Both the position numbers and the translations under genes were made by a program. 64,000 bases of DNA from Myxococcota bacterium (GTDB lineage Bacteria > Myxococcota > UBA4151), in the NCBI GenBank assembly GCA_040260805.1, contig JBDQPD010000001.1:1-64000 (forward strand). The letters are read 5' to 3'. A model generated the notes under the pieces. That model worked only from the letters and a program-made list of their open reading frames with translations. It searched no databases and was not told the DNA's origin. Shown here piece after piece: positions 26,410-35,112 of this stretch (the stretch's first letter is position 1; every line of letters starts with the position of its first letter).

Positions 26410-29400
26410 ATGCGTTATCTTTCAGCGCTGCTCATCTTAGCGGTGGGTTGCCTTCCAGCGATGCCTGATCAGCCGACACTTGATGTCGGGGTTGTCGTGG
26501 TCGCACCCGATGCAGGTCGAACCACGGCGCCTCCTCCACCTCCCCCTGATGCGGGCCCTCGAGATATTGGCTTTGGTGAGCTCAGTGTGATTGGGCTAAC
26601 GCCGGACAAGGGCCCGTCGACGGGCGGAACAAGAGTTCAGCTGCGCGGCGAAGGGTTTTTACCCGACACCGTGGTCGAGCTTGGAGGGCTTGCGGTTCGC
26701 GATGTCTTAGTGGTGTCGTCTCGAGCTCTGACCTTTTTTACCCCAGCGGCAGCGCCTGGGGCGGCCGACTTGAGAGTTCAAAACTCGTTCGGAACGGCCG
26801 TACTAAGCAACGCATTCACCTACTTCCAGCCTCTGCAGCCTCGGCAAATTGATCCCTCAGAAGGACCGCTCGAGGGGGGTGTTGAGATCCGGCTAACCGG
26901 CGAGGGGTTGTCGGTTGATACGGTCGCTTTGATCGGTGGTCAGCCCTTGTTGCGACCGCGCATGGAGGGCGATGATCTTCTCGGGACCTTACCCGCTGGC
27001 GCAGCACCGGGCGTGGTCGATGTGCGCATCGCTGATGGTTTTGGTCAGGTGCACTGGCGCTCTGGGTTTCGCTATTTGCCGCGCCCTTACCTCGAGCGAA
27101 TCGAGCCGAACCAAGCAGCGCCGAATCAAGAACAAGCGCTTCGTCTGCTGGGCGGCGGGCTCTGCGATGAGCCCGAGGTGCGCGTGGGCGGCGCTCAATG
27201 CCAAGACGTAGAGCGCACCACGCAGGGTCTGACCTGTTCGATGACGACGCCAGCGCAGGAGGCAGCCTACGCCGTTCGGGTCATCTGTCCGGGCGGCTCC
27301 GCTGAACTGGTGCCGGGCTTGGTGGTCGTTGCCGACCAAGGCCCCCCCGTATTGCTCGCAGTAGTCCCTGACCATGGCCCTTTATCAGGCGGTAATTCGG
27401 TGACCTTGATCGGCCGTGATTTAAGCGTCGATGATGTGTCTTGGGACGGACAAGCGATCGCCGTGCTTGAGCGGGTTGACAACGGCCTCTTGGTCCAGGC
27501 GCCGGCTCGGCAAGCGGCCGGCTCGGTGTCGGTAGCGGCGGGCGCAGGCGGCACGTTAGAAAATGCCTACAGCTATCGCGACTTGATGATGCTCCGAGGT
27601 GTGGAGCCGGTTCAGGGGCCAGCGACCGGGGGTACCACCGTGACCCTCTTTGGTCAGGGCTTTTGCGCCGAACCTGAGGTCCGCTTTGACGGCATTGAAC
27701 AAGAGATACTCGAGGTTGATGGTCGCCAGATTCGCTTGCGCACCGCTGAACATCCTGGGGGCAGGGCAAGCATCGCAGTGGTCTGCCCGGAGCAGACGGC
27801 GAGCCGACATCGAGGGTTCTTGTTTGAGGCGGCCTTGGAGTTTGTCGGGCTCAGCCCAAACCGCGGCGCTTTAGCAGGGGGAACCGAGGTCTACCTGGTC
27901 GGTCAAGGCTTCGCTCGCTCGGGATTGGGCCTGACGCTGGGTGGTCAGCTGTTCTCTGATGTAACCGTCCTCTCGGATGCGCTCGTTCGGGCTCAGACTC
28001 CGCCGGGACAAAGCTTAGGCGCAGTCGATTTGCGTTTGAGTTTAGGTCAAGAGCAAATCGTCGCTCCAAGCGCCTTTACCTATTATGATCCTGGTTTTCG
28101 TTATGGCGGGAGCCGGGGCGGGACCCCTCAAGGTTCGATTAACGTGACGGTGCTCAACTCTTGGGGCCAGCTGGCGCCGGTTGAGGGAGCGCAAGTGGTC
28201 GTAGGCGGCAGCCAGGATGATCAGCGCTTGGTGGCGGTGACCGACGCTCGCGGCCAAGCCACGCTCAGCGACCCAAGCCTGTTTGGTCCCCAGACGGTCA
28301 CGGTCTACAAAGAGGGCTGCGACCGGGCGCGTAGCTTGGTCGACGTTGACGCTGCTGATCTGACCTTTTGGATTGGTTGCATGGGGCCGCCGAGCGAGGG
28401 CGGAGGGGGTGGCACGCCGCCGCCAGCGCCTCAGCCCTTGATTATTTCGGGACGAATTCTCGGCTTCGATAAGGCGCTTTTTGATCCGGGTCGTCTCGGT
28501 CCAAACCAAAGAGCGTTCGCTCAGGTTCATCTAACCCAAAGCTCTCCTTATGGTGGCGGAACATGGGCTAACGGACGGGACTTTGTCTTTGAAGATGGTG
28601 GAGAATACCGGCTGGTTTTAGCCTCGGGTCGTTACACACTGGTCGCAGTCGCTGGGATTCATGACAGCCGGACTCAGCAGGTGAGCGAGCTGACGCAGCT
28701 TGGCTTTAGGCGTCAGGTCAGCGGTCCGCCGGGTGAGCGGTTAGTCGATCAAGACATTGTGCTCAACTATCCCATGGACGCCACCTATGGCGTGAGCCTG
28801 GGTGATCGTCCTGCGCCGCTTCCGTCGTTACCCGGGGCTGACCGGATGAGGGTTCGTGTTGCGCTCGACTTTGGCGGTGAGGGGTATTTCCCCTTAGCCG
28901 ACGAGATGTCTCGGGGGACTTTTATCCTCCTGCGTGGCTTGCCACGGGTTCAGGCTGATATGCTGTATGTGAGCGGTGGTTTGGTCAGCGGTGAGGGTGG
29001 CTATTCACCATCGTCAACGATCCGAACCCGGGGCAGCGGTCGCTTAGAGGGGGGCATCACGCTTGGGCCGTTATTGCCCCTAGCGGAGCGCTTAGCGCCA
29101 CGAAGCGACGGTGGACTTTTGCACGATCGGACGCTGCGGTGGAAGTTCGGGACCGGACCGATTCAGCCTGATTATGTTCGAGTCGATATCGCCGACACGA
29201 ACGGCAACAACTGGGAGTTGATGTTGCGCGGCGGACAAAATAAACTTCGCTTGCCCAACCTACCCAATAGCGAGGTCGGCTTAGGTCGCCCTGGGGTGTA
29301 TTTCGCTCAGATCACAGCGGTCGCTAACCCGCGGTTTGACTTCGACAACTTCAGCTATCTCGATACCTGGTTCATGAGCTGGCAAGCTCTGAGTGAACGA

Positions 29401-29424
29401 GCTGTTTCCTTCCGGCTCGACTAG
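26410..29424 (+). CDS. Large IPT/TIG-repeat lipoprotein
   Basis: Start moved to ATG 26410 (GAGGA RBS). Lipobox AVGC, Pro/PDAG linker, six P..GP..GG..V.L.G.GF-type IPT repeats, then beta-rich domains. Confidence 0.85.
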   Translation: MRYLSALLILAVGCLPAMPDQPTLDVGVVVVAPDAGRTTAPPPPPPDAGPRDIGFGELSVIGLTPDKGPSTGGTRVQLRGEGFLPDTVVELGGLAVRDVLVVSSRALTFFTPAAAPGAADLRVQNSFGTAVLSNAFTYFQPLQPRQIDPSEGPLEGGVEIRLTGEGLSVDTVALIGGQPLLRPRMEGDDLLGTLPAGAAPGVVDVRIADGFGQVHWRSGFRYLPRPYLERIEPNQAAPNQEQALRLLGGGLCDEPEVRVGGAQCQDVERTTQGLTCSMTTPAQEAAYAVRVICPGGSAELVPGLVVVADQGPPVLLAVVPDHGPLSGGNSVTLIGRDLSVDDVSWDGQAIAVLERVDNGLLVQAPARQAAGSVSVAAGAGGTLENAYSYRDLMMLRGVEPVQGPATGGTTVTLFGQGFCAEPEVRFDGIEQEILEVDGRQIRLRTAEHPGGRASIAVVCPEQTASRHRGFLFEAALEFVGLSPNRGALAGGTEVYLVGQGFARSGLGLTLGGQLFSDVTVLSDALVRAQTPPGQSLGAVDLRLSLGQEQIVAPSAFTYYDPGFRYGGSRGGTPQGSINVTVLNSWGQLAPVEGAQVVVGGSQDDQRLVAVTDARGQATLSDPSLFGPQTVTVYKEGCDRARSLVDVDAADLTFWIGCMGPPSEGGGGGTPPPAPQPLIISGRILGFDKALFDPGRLGPNQRAFAQVHLTQSSPYGGGTWANGRDFVFEDGGEYRLVLASGRYTLVAVAGIHDSRTQQVSELTQLGFRRQVSGPPGERLVDQDIVLNYPMDATYGVSLGDRPAPLPSLPGADRMRVRVALDFGGEGYFPLADEMSRGTFILLRGLPRVQADMLYVSGGLVSGEGGYSPSSTIRTRGSGRLEGGITLGPLLPLAERLAPRSDGGLLHDRTLRWKFGTGPIQPDYVRVDIADTNGNNWELMLRGGQNKLRLPNLPNSEVGLGRPGVYFAQITAVANPRFDFDNFSYLDTWFMSWQALSERAVSFRLD

Positions 29425-29428
29425 CTGG

Positions 29429-30343
29429 TTACTCGACCGAATCGATCCGACTCTGCGCGAGTTCGATGTAGGCCTCGTCGAGTTCAAACCCGAGATAATC
29501 ACGCTCGCTAGCCTTAGCCGCTAGCCCGGTGGTCCCTGCGCCAAAGAAGGGGTCAAGGACCAGGTCACCTCGGTAGGTGTACAGCTCGATCAGTCGCTGT
29601 GGCAGCGCCACCGGAAAAGGCGCAGGATGACCCACGCGTTTGGCGCTTTCGGGCGCAATATCCCACACATCGAGGGTTGCGGCCATGAACTCTTCTTTAG
29701 AGATCGTGTCTTCAAAGGGTAGCCCCAGTTGCTCACGCTTCTTGCGAGATAATGCCCGGTCAAAGCGTCCCTTTGAGGCGATCACAACGCGCTCGGTCAC
29801 GTCTCGTAACACCGGGTTAGCGGCGCTCTTGAAGGAGCCCCAAGCGCATGACCCCGAGGCGCCAGCAGCCTTTCGCCACAGGACCTCTCCGCGCAACAAC
29901 AAGCCGAGCTCGTCTTGTAAAATACGTGTCACATCGGCGCTTAGGCTGCGGTAGGGCTTGCGTCCTAAATTGGCTATATTGACCGCTATTCGCCCCCCCG
30001 GCTCGAGCACCCTGGCGCATTCGGCGAAGACGTCTCGCAGTAACTTTAAGTAGGCGAGATAGGTGGCGGGTACAGCGCCTTCTCCAAGCGCCATTTCATA
30101 TTCTTTACCGACAAAATAAGGCGGCGAGGTGACGACTAGAGCCACCGAGTTATTCGCCAACGAGCTCATGTCTCGAGCGTCGCCGTGGATGATTTCATTG
30201 CGCCGAGTTGAGCGCTCAAGGTCTTGATCATCCGAGATCGTCGGCGCCGAAAAACGGGCGTAGAAGGCCGAGGCGTCGTGCCCTTCTCTCTTGCCGGTTC
30301 CAAAGTTTTTGGTGGCCGTACTGACGCGTTTGTTTTGGGTCAT
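29429..30343 (-). CDS. Beta-class amino (N4-C/N6-A) DNA methyltransferase, no adjacent endonuclease
   Basis: Motif IV TSPPY precedes HPAPFP and motif I DPFFGAGTT. Start moved to ATG 30343. Confidence 0.9.
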   Translation of the reverse strand: MTQNKRVSTATKNFGTGKREGHDASAFYARFSAPTISDDQDLERSTRRNEIIHGDARDMSSLANNSVALVVTSPPYFVGKEYEMALGEGAVPATYLAYLKLLRDVFAECARVLEPGGRIAVNIANLGRKPYRSLSADVTRILQDELGLLLRGEVLWRKAAGASGSCAWGSFKSAANPVLRDVTERVVIASKGRFDRALSRKKREQLGLPFEDTISKEEFMAATLDVWDIAPESAKRVGHPAPFPVALPQRLIELYTYRGDLVLDPFFGAGTTGLAAKASERDYLGFELDEAYIELAQSRIDSVE

Positions 30344-30410
30344 CGGTGCTGTCCTGCCTGCATCATCGCTCGAGATCAACAATCGAGCGCATCAACACAG
30401 CGGGCAGTCA

Positions 30411-31256
30411 TCATAAGGGCGCGATTTCGTCATCACCGACTTGAATCGTGACGGGGCCAATCCCCAAGCTCACGCCGCCCTTTTCATGACGCTTTTCAAC
30501 GCGCCCGATACGCCCGGCAAACAAGCCCACGGTAATCCGTACTCGGTCGCCCTCTTGGAATCGAGATTTCGCTGACTCTTGGCGCTCTGCTTTATGCTCG
30601 GCTAGGGCGCCGCATAGATCATTTTCAGCAGACCATTTAAGAGCCTTAAAAAGGGGATCAAGTCGCTCGAGGTCATGGCTTATCTTATCGACTAAGCCAT
30701 CGTCGAATGTCTCGGCTCTCCACCAGACACACCAGCCTTTACCCAGTTCATTAGGTATTATCGATTCGGCAGGCTGCCCCTCGCTGCTGGGTGCTTCTAC
30801 GTTGAGCTCGGCGTGCGCATCGCTCAGCGCTTGAAGCAGCGCCATGAGCGCCTTGTCACCTTCAAATGCACCAAGAAATGCATCTAAGTTGCGCCCGTCT
30901 AGCTTGGCTTTTCGGTGCAGGATCATACCCCAAGTCACGCCGCTTTGATCGATCTGAACAAATCGACTCAGATGTTCGTGAAAGGGTAAAACATCCAAAG
31001 CGAAGGGGCTGTTTAGATCGATGGTCGCGCGCTGGCCGTCGGGTCGGATGGCCTGCGAGAACAGCACCATGTTCTGAACTTGGCGCCGGTTCGCAAGACA
31101 AGGCTCGGCGGGTGTGCAGTCCCACTCACCGGTCAAGGTTTGAGCAAAACTCATCATCGCCTCGCGCAGCGCTCGACGATCAAGCGTATAGGCTGCGCTT
31201 CGTTGTTTACTGCGGGTAAACATCTCCACATGCTGCTGGCTTGGTTGCCAACTCAT
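30411..31256 (-). CDS. Hypothetical protein with C-terminal KOW motif
   Basis: C-terminal FQEGDRVRITVGLFAGRIGRV (NusG-type KOW). ATGA-coupled to the MltF-like gene. Confidence 0.7.
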   Translation of the reverse strand: MSWQPSQQHVEMFTRSKQRSAAYTLDRRALREAMMSFAQTLTGEWDCTPAEPCLANRRQVQNMVLFSQAIRPDGQRATIDLNSPFALDVLPFHEHLSRFVQIDQSGVTWGMILHRKAKLDGRNLDAFLGAFEGDKALMALLQALSDAHAELNVEAPSSEGQPAESIIPNELGKGWCVWWRAETFDDGLVDKISHDLERLDPLFKALKWSAENDLCGALAEHKAERQESAKSRFQEGDRVRITVGLFAGRIGRVEKRHEKGGVSLGIGPVTIQVGDDEIAPL

Positions 31257-32653
31257 GGTCTCTCCGGTCCGCCATCTCGGTCCACTAAAGATTGAGGGAG
31301 GAGTTGGCTGTATTGTTCATACAGATCGCTGACATGCTCTGCATAGCGCGTCGCGACGAGGCCCTGACAAACACCGTGTCTGGCTTCTCGGTAAAATTCG
31401 CGCTGAGCCAGTAAGGGCAGGGTTAAACTGACCCCTTGGTCCCAAAGCTCCCGGTCTAGGCCGAGCCGGCCAGCGAGCACACGCGCATCATCAACATGTC
31501 CGTGACCCACATTATAAGACGACAGCGCGAGCATGCGTTGATCGTAAGGGCTGCTGGCATTGCGAAAGCGTCGCATTAAGCGCTTTAGGTAACGCGCCGC
31601 AGCCAGACTTGATTGTTTCGGGTCGCTGGGGTCCTCGAGTCCGATCGCTTTCGCGGTGGCCGGCATGAACTGGAACAAGCCTTGAGCGCCCACTTGGCTG
31701 GTCGCGTTGGGATCCTGCGCCGACTCAACCATCATCACGGCTGCGAGCAATCGCCAGTCGACGCCATAGATCGACCCAGCGCTTTTCAGGTCGTTGTCCC
31801 AGCGCGTGATGCGTTTCGCCAGGTCCGTTCGAACCCAGGGTCGTGAGCGCATTCGCATCTGCGTCGGCGCAGCGAAGTATCGAGCGTGCAAAGCTGCTCG
31901 GAGTCGTAACTTAAAATGACGCGCAAAGAAGGTCTTTAGCGCAAGCTGTAGTTGGGGCTTCGAGCGATGACTCCACCAGCTCACCGGGCGTGCGGCCCCC
32001 ATGCCGTGAACAATCACAAAGCGGGGATCGACGATCACAAAGGCTTCGCCGTGTCGCCTGTTCACCGCGACCGCTTGTCCCGAGGCGCGACTTTTTTGCG
32101 TGAGACGTTGCAGCAACTCCCAGTCGTTTGATGCCTCAACGACAGCTTGCGTACACGGAGGTACACACCATCTGGTCAGATCTTCAACAGCGAGCGAGCC
32201 GGACCGAACATGAACCCGGCTTGGTGATTCGCCGCGCCGGCCAACCACGACCGAATCCGTATGGCTGTAAGCCGGTGCTTGGATCCAGTCTGGGCCACCG
32301 CCCCAGGGCTCGGCCGGAATCCAGAGATCAACCTCTCCGCGCCGAACCAGCGTTTCGAGTTGTTCGTCACTGTCGACAATCTGGATCGACAAACGACGGT
32401 CTAGATGTTTGGCGAAGCGAAGGGCTAAATCGTACTCAAAACCTCGGGGGCGACCTCGGTAAATGAAATAGTCAGGTAAACTCTTACGCAACGCCACCCG
32501 CAGCGCGTTGTCGGCTTCTTTGGGTTGGATCTCAGCCTGAGACGATGCGTCTGCCGCGGCTTTACTCTTTGAAACCGGATGCACTGATGGGGTGCAGGCT
32601 AAGGTTAGCAGGGCAAAGGCTAGAGCCAGGGTAGGCACAGCTTGCTTGCACAT
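31253..32653 (-). CDS. MltF-like lytic transglycosylase (solute-binding domain plus SLT), lipoprotein
   Basis: GFEYDLA.RFA..L, DWRLLAA....ES..DPNA.S..GAQGLFQFMPATA, SYNVG.GHV.DAR. Lipobox TLAC. Confidence 0.88.
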   Translation of the reverse strand: MCKQAVPTLALAFALLTLACTPSVHPVSKSKAAADASSQAEIQPKEADNALRVALRKSLPDYFIYRGRPRGFEYDLALRFAKHLDRRLSIQIVDSDEQLETLVRRGEVDLWIPAEPWGGGPDWIQAPAYSHTDSVVVGRRGESPSRVHVRSGSLAVEDLTRWCVPPCTQAVVEASNDWELLQRLTQKSRASGQAVAVNRRHGEAFVIVDPRFVIVHGMGAARPVSWWSHRSKPQLQLALKTFFARHFKLRLRAALHARYFAAPTQMRMRSRPWVRTDLAKRITRWDNDLKSAGSIYGVDWRLLAAVMMVESAQDPNATSQVGAQGLFQFMPATAKAIGLEDPSDPKQSSLAAARYLKRLMRRFRNASSPYDQRMLALSSYNVGHGHVDDARVLAGRLGLDRELWDQGVSLTLPLLAQREFYREARHGVCQGLVATRYAEHVSDLYEQYSQLLPQSLVDRDGGPERP

Positions 32654-32676
32654 GTTAGCGCCTCCCCAGGAAAGCC

Positions 32677-34410
32677 ATGAAGATCTTCACTCAAACCCGC
32701 TGGCTACTCAATAGCATTGCAATGACAGCATGTGTTGTTGCTTGTGTGAGCGTTCCGCAGGCTTCGTCAACTTCGACGCCATCGTCTGATGCAGCGGTTG
32801 ATACCCAGCCGGTGCAGGCTCCATCGTCCATCGCGCCTGATGTCGACAGCAGTAAGCCGGCTCAACCGAGCGCGGAGCCGCCGGTTGAGATCGCGCCGGC
32901 GGTCGAGAAGAAGACCTTAGACCCGCGCTGGGCGAGTCTAATGCAAGGGGACCTCCAAACCTTGCTCGTCGAGCTTGACCAGGCTGACATTGCGACCTTG
33001 ATGCTCTTAGTGGATCAGCCGATTAGCCCCGCTCAGCAGGCTGCTCATTTACGACTCGCTATGGCTAAACTCCATGAGGGGGTGGCCATTGGACTTCCGC
33101 AAACGGTCCCCCCCGAGCTGTCGCAAGCGCTTGAGCGAACGCGTAAGCTGAGCAGTCAGCTCAACCAGTCCAGGCCGAGGCGCGTGGGTCTTTTGCTGCC
33201 TCAGGACCGAGCCTGGGGTAAGGTTCTCGATCAAGCGTTCCGGTTTGGTTTGGGTGAGTCGAGCGTTGAACTCTTTGCGGCGAGCTCTGAGGACCCCGAA
33301 GCGGGTATGCGCCAGTTGATTTTGGAACATGGCGTGAGTTTGGTGATTTGCGGCCCCTTCTTGAAGAGGGCGCATCGGGCGGCGGTCGTTGCCCAGTTGT
33401 TTAATGTCCCGATGATCAGTTTGGCGCGGGAGCCTGGGCTCGCTGAGCTTGGCGACGCCATTTTCCAAGTGGGGCTAACCAATGAAGCACAGATCGATCG
33501 GTTGGTCGCTGGTGCGATGGAATTGCGCGGCTACAAAAGCTTTGCGGTTTTGTTTCCTCGAACCGCATCGGGGTGGTCGGCGCTCGAGCGATTTACTGCG
33601 CAGGTCGAGGCGCGCGGGGGGCAGGTGAGCAGAAGTCAGCCTTATCTCCGTGGAGAGACGAGCTTTACGCCTTTGATTACGAGCATGGTCGGGCGCGACG
33701 CCGCGGCTCTAAACGCCAACCCTAAATATCGTAAATGTGTTTCCGAGATCGCCGAACATCTCAAGGGCCTTCGGCGTAAACGCCAGGTCGAGTCGTGTCG
33801 TGACCACACCCCCCCGAAGATAGATTTTGATGCCATCTTTGTACCTGATTCAGTGACGACTGTGCGGCAGATTATGCCCTTCATTGAGCTTGCCGATATG
33901 GTCCCTAACCTCAACGAGCGCATGCTCTGGCGGACGCGGAAGGCGACCTCAAATAAAGAGCTCATCGCAACCCCGATCCTCGGCATGCGTCAGCTCAACT
34001 CGATCTTCTTTGCCAGCCGAAGTCGAACCGATGTGGAAGGGAGTTTATTCGTTGATGCCTATTACCCTTACGACAAGAGCAGGCCCCTTCCCGGCGCCTT
34101 TACTCGCGCCTTTCGAAAAGCGTTCTCACGTCCGCCGGATTTGCTTGAAACCTTAGCTTATGACTTAGGTCTGTTGGTCGCTCACTTAGACTCCAGAGAG
34201 CTTTTGAGCAGCCGTATGATCGTCAAGGGCGCCCTGTCGAAACTCAAGGATTTCGAGACGGTGACAGGACCTTGGACGATGGGTCCACAAGGCCAAGTGC
34301 AGCGACCGCTGTATCTATTGAGCATCCACAAGCGGCGGATCTTAACTGAATCCGACCGAGTTCAAGCCTTGACCCAAAAGAAGTCGAAAAAGCGCCGGCG
34401 AGGGCGTTAA
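32677..34410 (+). CDS. LpoA/LppC-like penicillin-binding protein activator (periplasmic binding fold) lipoprotein
   Basis: Lipobox VVAC, Pro/Ser linker, RVGLLLP, VICGP, FAVLFP, DFDAIFVPD, AYD, F..VTG...M...G..QR. Confidence 0.7.
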   Translation: MKIFTQTRWLLNSIAMTACVVACVSVPQASSTSTPSSDAAVDTQPVQAPSSIAPDVDSSKPAQPSAEPPVEIAPAVEKKTLDPRWASLMQGDLQTLLVELDQADIATLMLLVDQPISPAQQAAHLRLAMAKLHEGVAIGLPQTVPPELSQALERTRKLSSQLNQSRPRRVGLLLPQDRAWGKVLDQAFRFGLGESSVELFAASSEDPEAGMRQLILEHGVSLVICGPFLKRAHRAAVVAQLFNVPMISLAREPGLAELGDAIFQVGLTNEAQIDRLVAGAMELRGYKSFAVLFPRTASGWSALERFTAQVEARGGQVSRSQPYLRGETSFTPLITSMVGRDAAALNANPKYRKCVSEIAEHLKGLRRKRQVESCRDHTPPKIDFDAIFVPDSVTTVRQIMPFIELADMVPNLNERMLWRTRKATSNKELIATPILGMRQLNSIFFASRSRTDVEGSLFVDAYYPYDKSRPLPGAFTRAFRKAFSRPPDLLETLAYDLGLLVAHLDSRELLSSRMIVKGALSKLKDFETVTGPWTMGPQGQVQRPLYLLSIHKRRILTESDRVQALTQKKSKKRRRGR

Positions 34411-34441
34411 AAAGATCAACCGGCCAAAAGACCGGTTAACC
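34409..34441 (-). terminator. Rho-independent terminator (minus strand)
   Basis: Minus strand GGTTAACCGGTC-TTTT-GGCCGGTTGATC-TTTTT: 12-bp stem whose three non-Watson-Crick pairs are G-U only on the minus strand, followed by U5. Confidence 0.7.
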
Positions 34442-34490
34442 TAGGAAGGACAGGGGGAAGACTCGCCGACCACTCCCCCTCATCCTCTCT
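34409..34490 (-). ncRNA. Candidate small RNA or structured 3'UTR (two hairpins ending in the terminator)
   Basis: Second hairpin AGGAT-G-AGGGGGAG...TTCCCCCT-GTCCT (34447-34486) next to the terminator. Upstream TTGACT-N17-TAGAGA with a weak -10. Confidence 0.3.
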
Positions 34491-34549
34491 CTATATAAAG
34501 GGGCTTGCCCAGTCAACCCGCAGCGCGGGAAGTCCGGCATCAACAGGTC

Positions 34550-35080
34550 TTAAATGGGTGGGTCGGCATAGCCAATGATCGACTGCTCACCCGGACTTCC
34601 CCAAAGCATCACCTGCTCGTGGATTACCCATCCTTGCGTCATGCTCGTGGGCAGAGCGGCCTTGAGGCCATCATCGCTGCACTCGAGCAAGACCCCCATT
34701 CGGTCTGGCGAAAAATTAAAGCGGCCGCGTTGATTCGGCCAATCCAAGATCACGATCATCCCGGCTGTAGGCTTTACGCTCCCCTTGAGATGAAGTCGGT
34801 CTTGACGCTTTAAAAGATGGAGAAGGTTAGCATAGCGCCTGAAAAAATAGGGGCTTTTCGGCGTATTCGCTGCTCCACCGATCTTTCGATAACCGCCGCT
34901 ATCTGAGCGAAAGTCGAGGTTCATGATCGAGCGAAACGACTCTCCAGCCACGAAGGGAACGAGGTCGATTGGGCCAATCGGTCCTTGGCGCCAGTCCCAG
35001 TCGCTCGCAACCGATGCGCCAAGACAACGCTTAGCTCGGTCCAATAAAAGCTGCCTTTGCTTCCCAGTGTTGATAATCAT
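34550..35080 (-). CDS. Hypothetical protein, degenerate CHAP/NlpC-P60-like fold
   Basis: LLDRAKRCLG, PTAGMIVILDW...PDRMGVL, IIGYADP resemble CHAP motifs, but without the catalytic Cys/His. Confidence 0.5.
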   Translation of the reverse strand: MIINTGKQRQLLLDRAKRCLGASVASDWDWRQGPIGPIDLVPFVAGESFRSIMNLDFRSDSGGYRKIGGAANTPKSPYFFRRYANLLHLLKRQDRLHLKGSVKPTAGMIVILDWPNQRGRFNFSPDRMGVLLECSDDGLKAALPTSMTQGWVIHEQVMLWGSPGEQSIIGYADPPI

Positions 35081-35112
35081 CGCTAAGGATTCGCCGGTCG
35101 AAAGGTGTCGGC

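Noticed and set aside
29429..31256. Classical type II restriction-modification pair or defence island
   Set aside because: No PD-(D/E)xK or HNH nuclease motif was recognised next to the methyltransferase, and there is no mobility gene or visible compositional shift.
34411..34549. tRNA, 6S, SRP or Pxr RNA in this gap
   Set aside because: No cloverleaf/T-loop, SRP loop or long 6S rod was recognised. It is kept only as an unclassified candidate.
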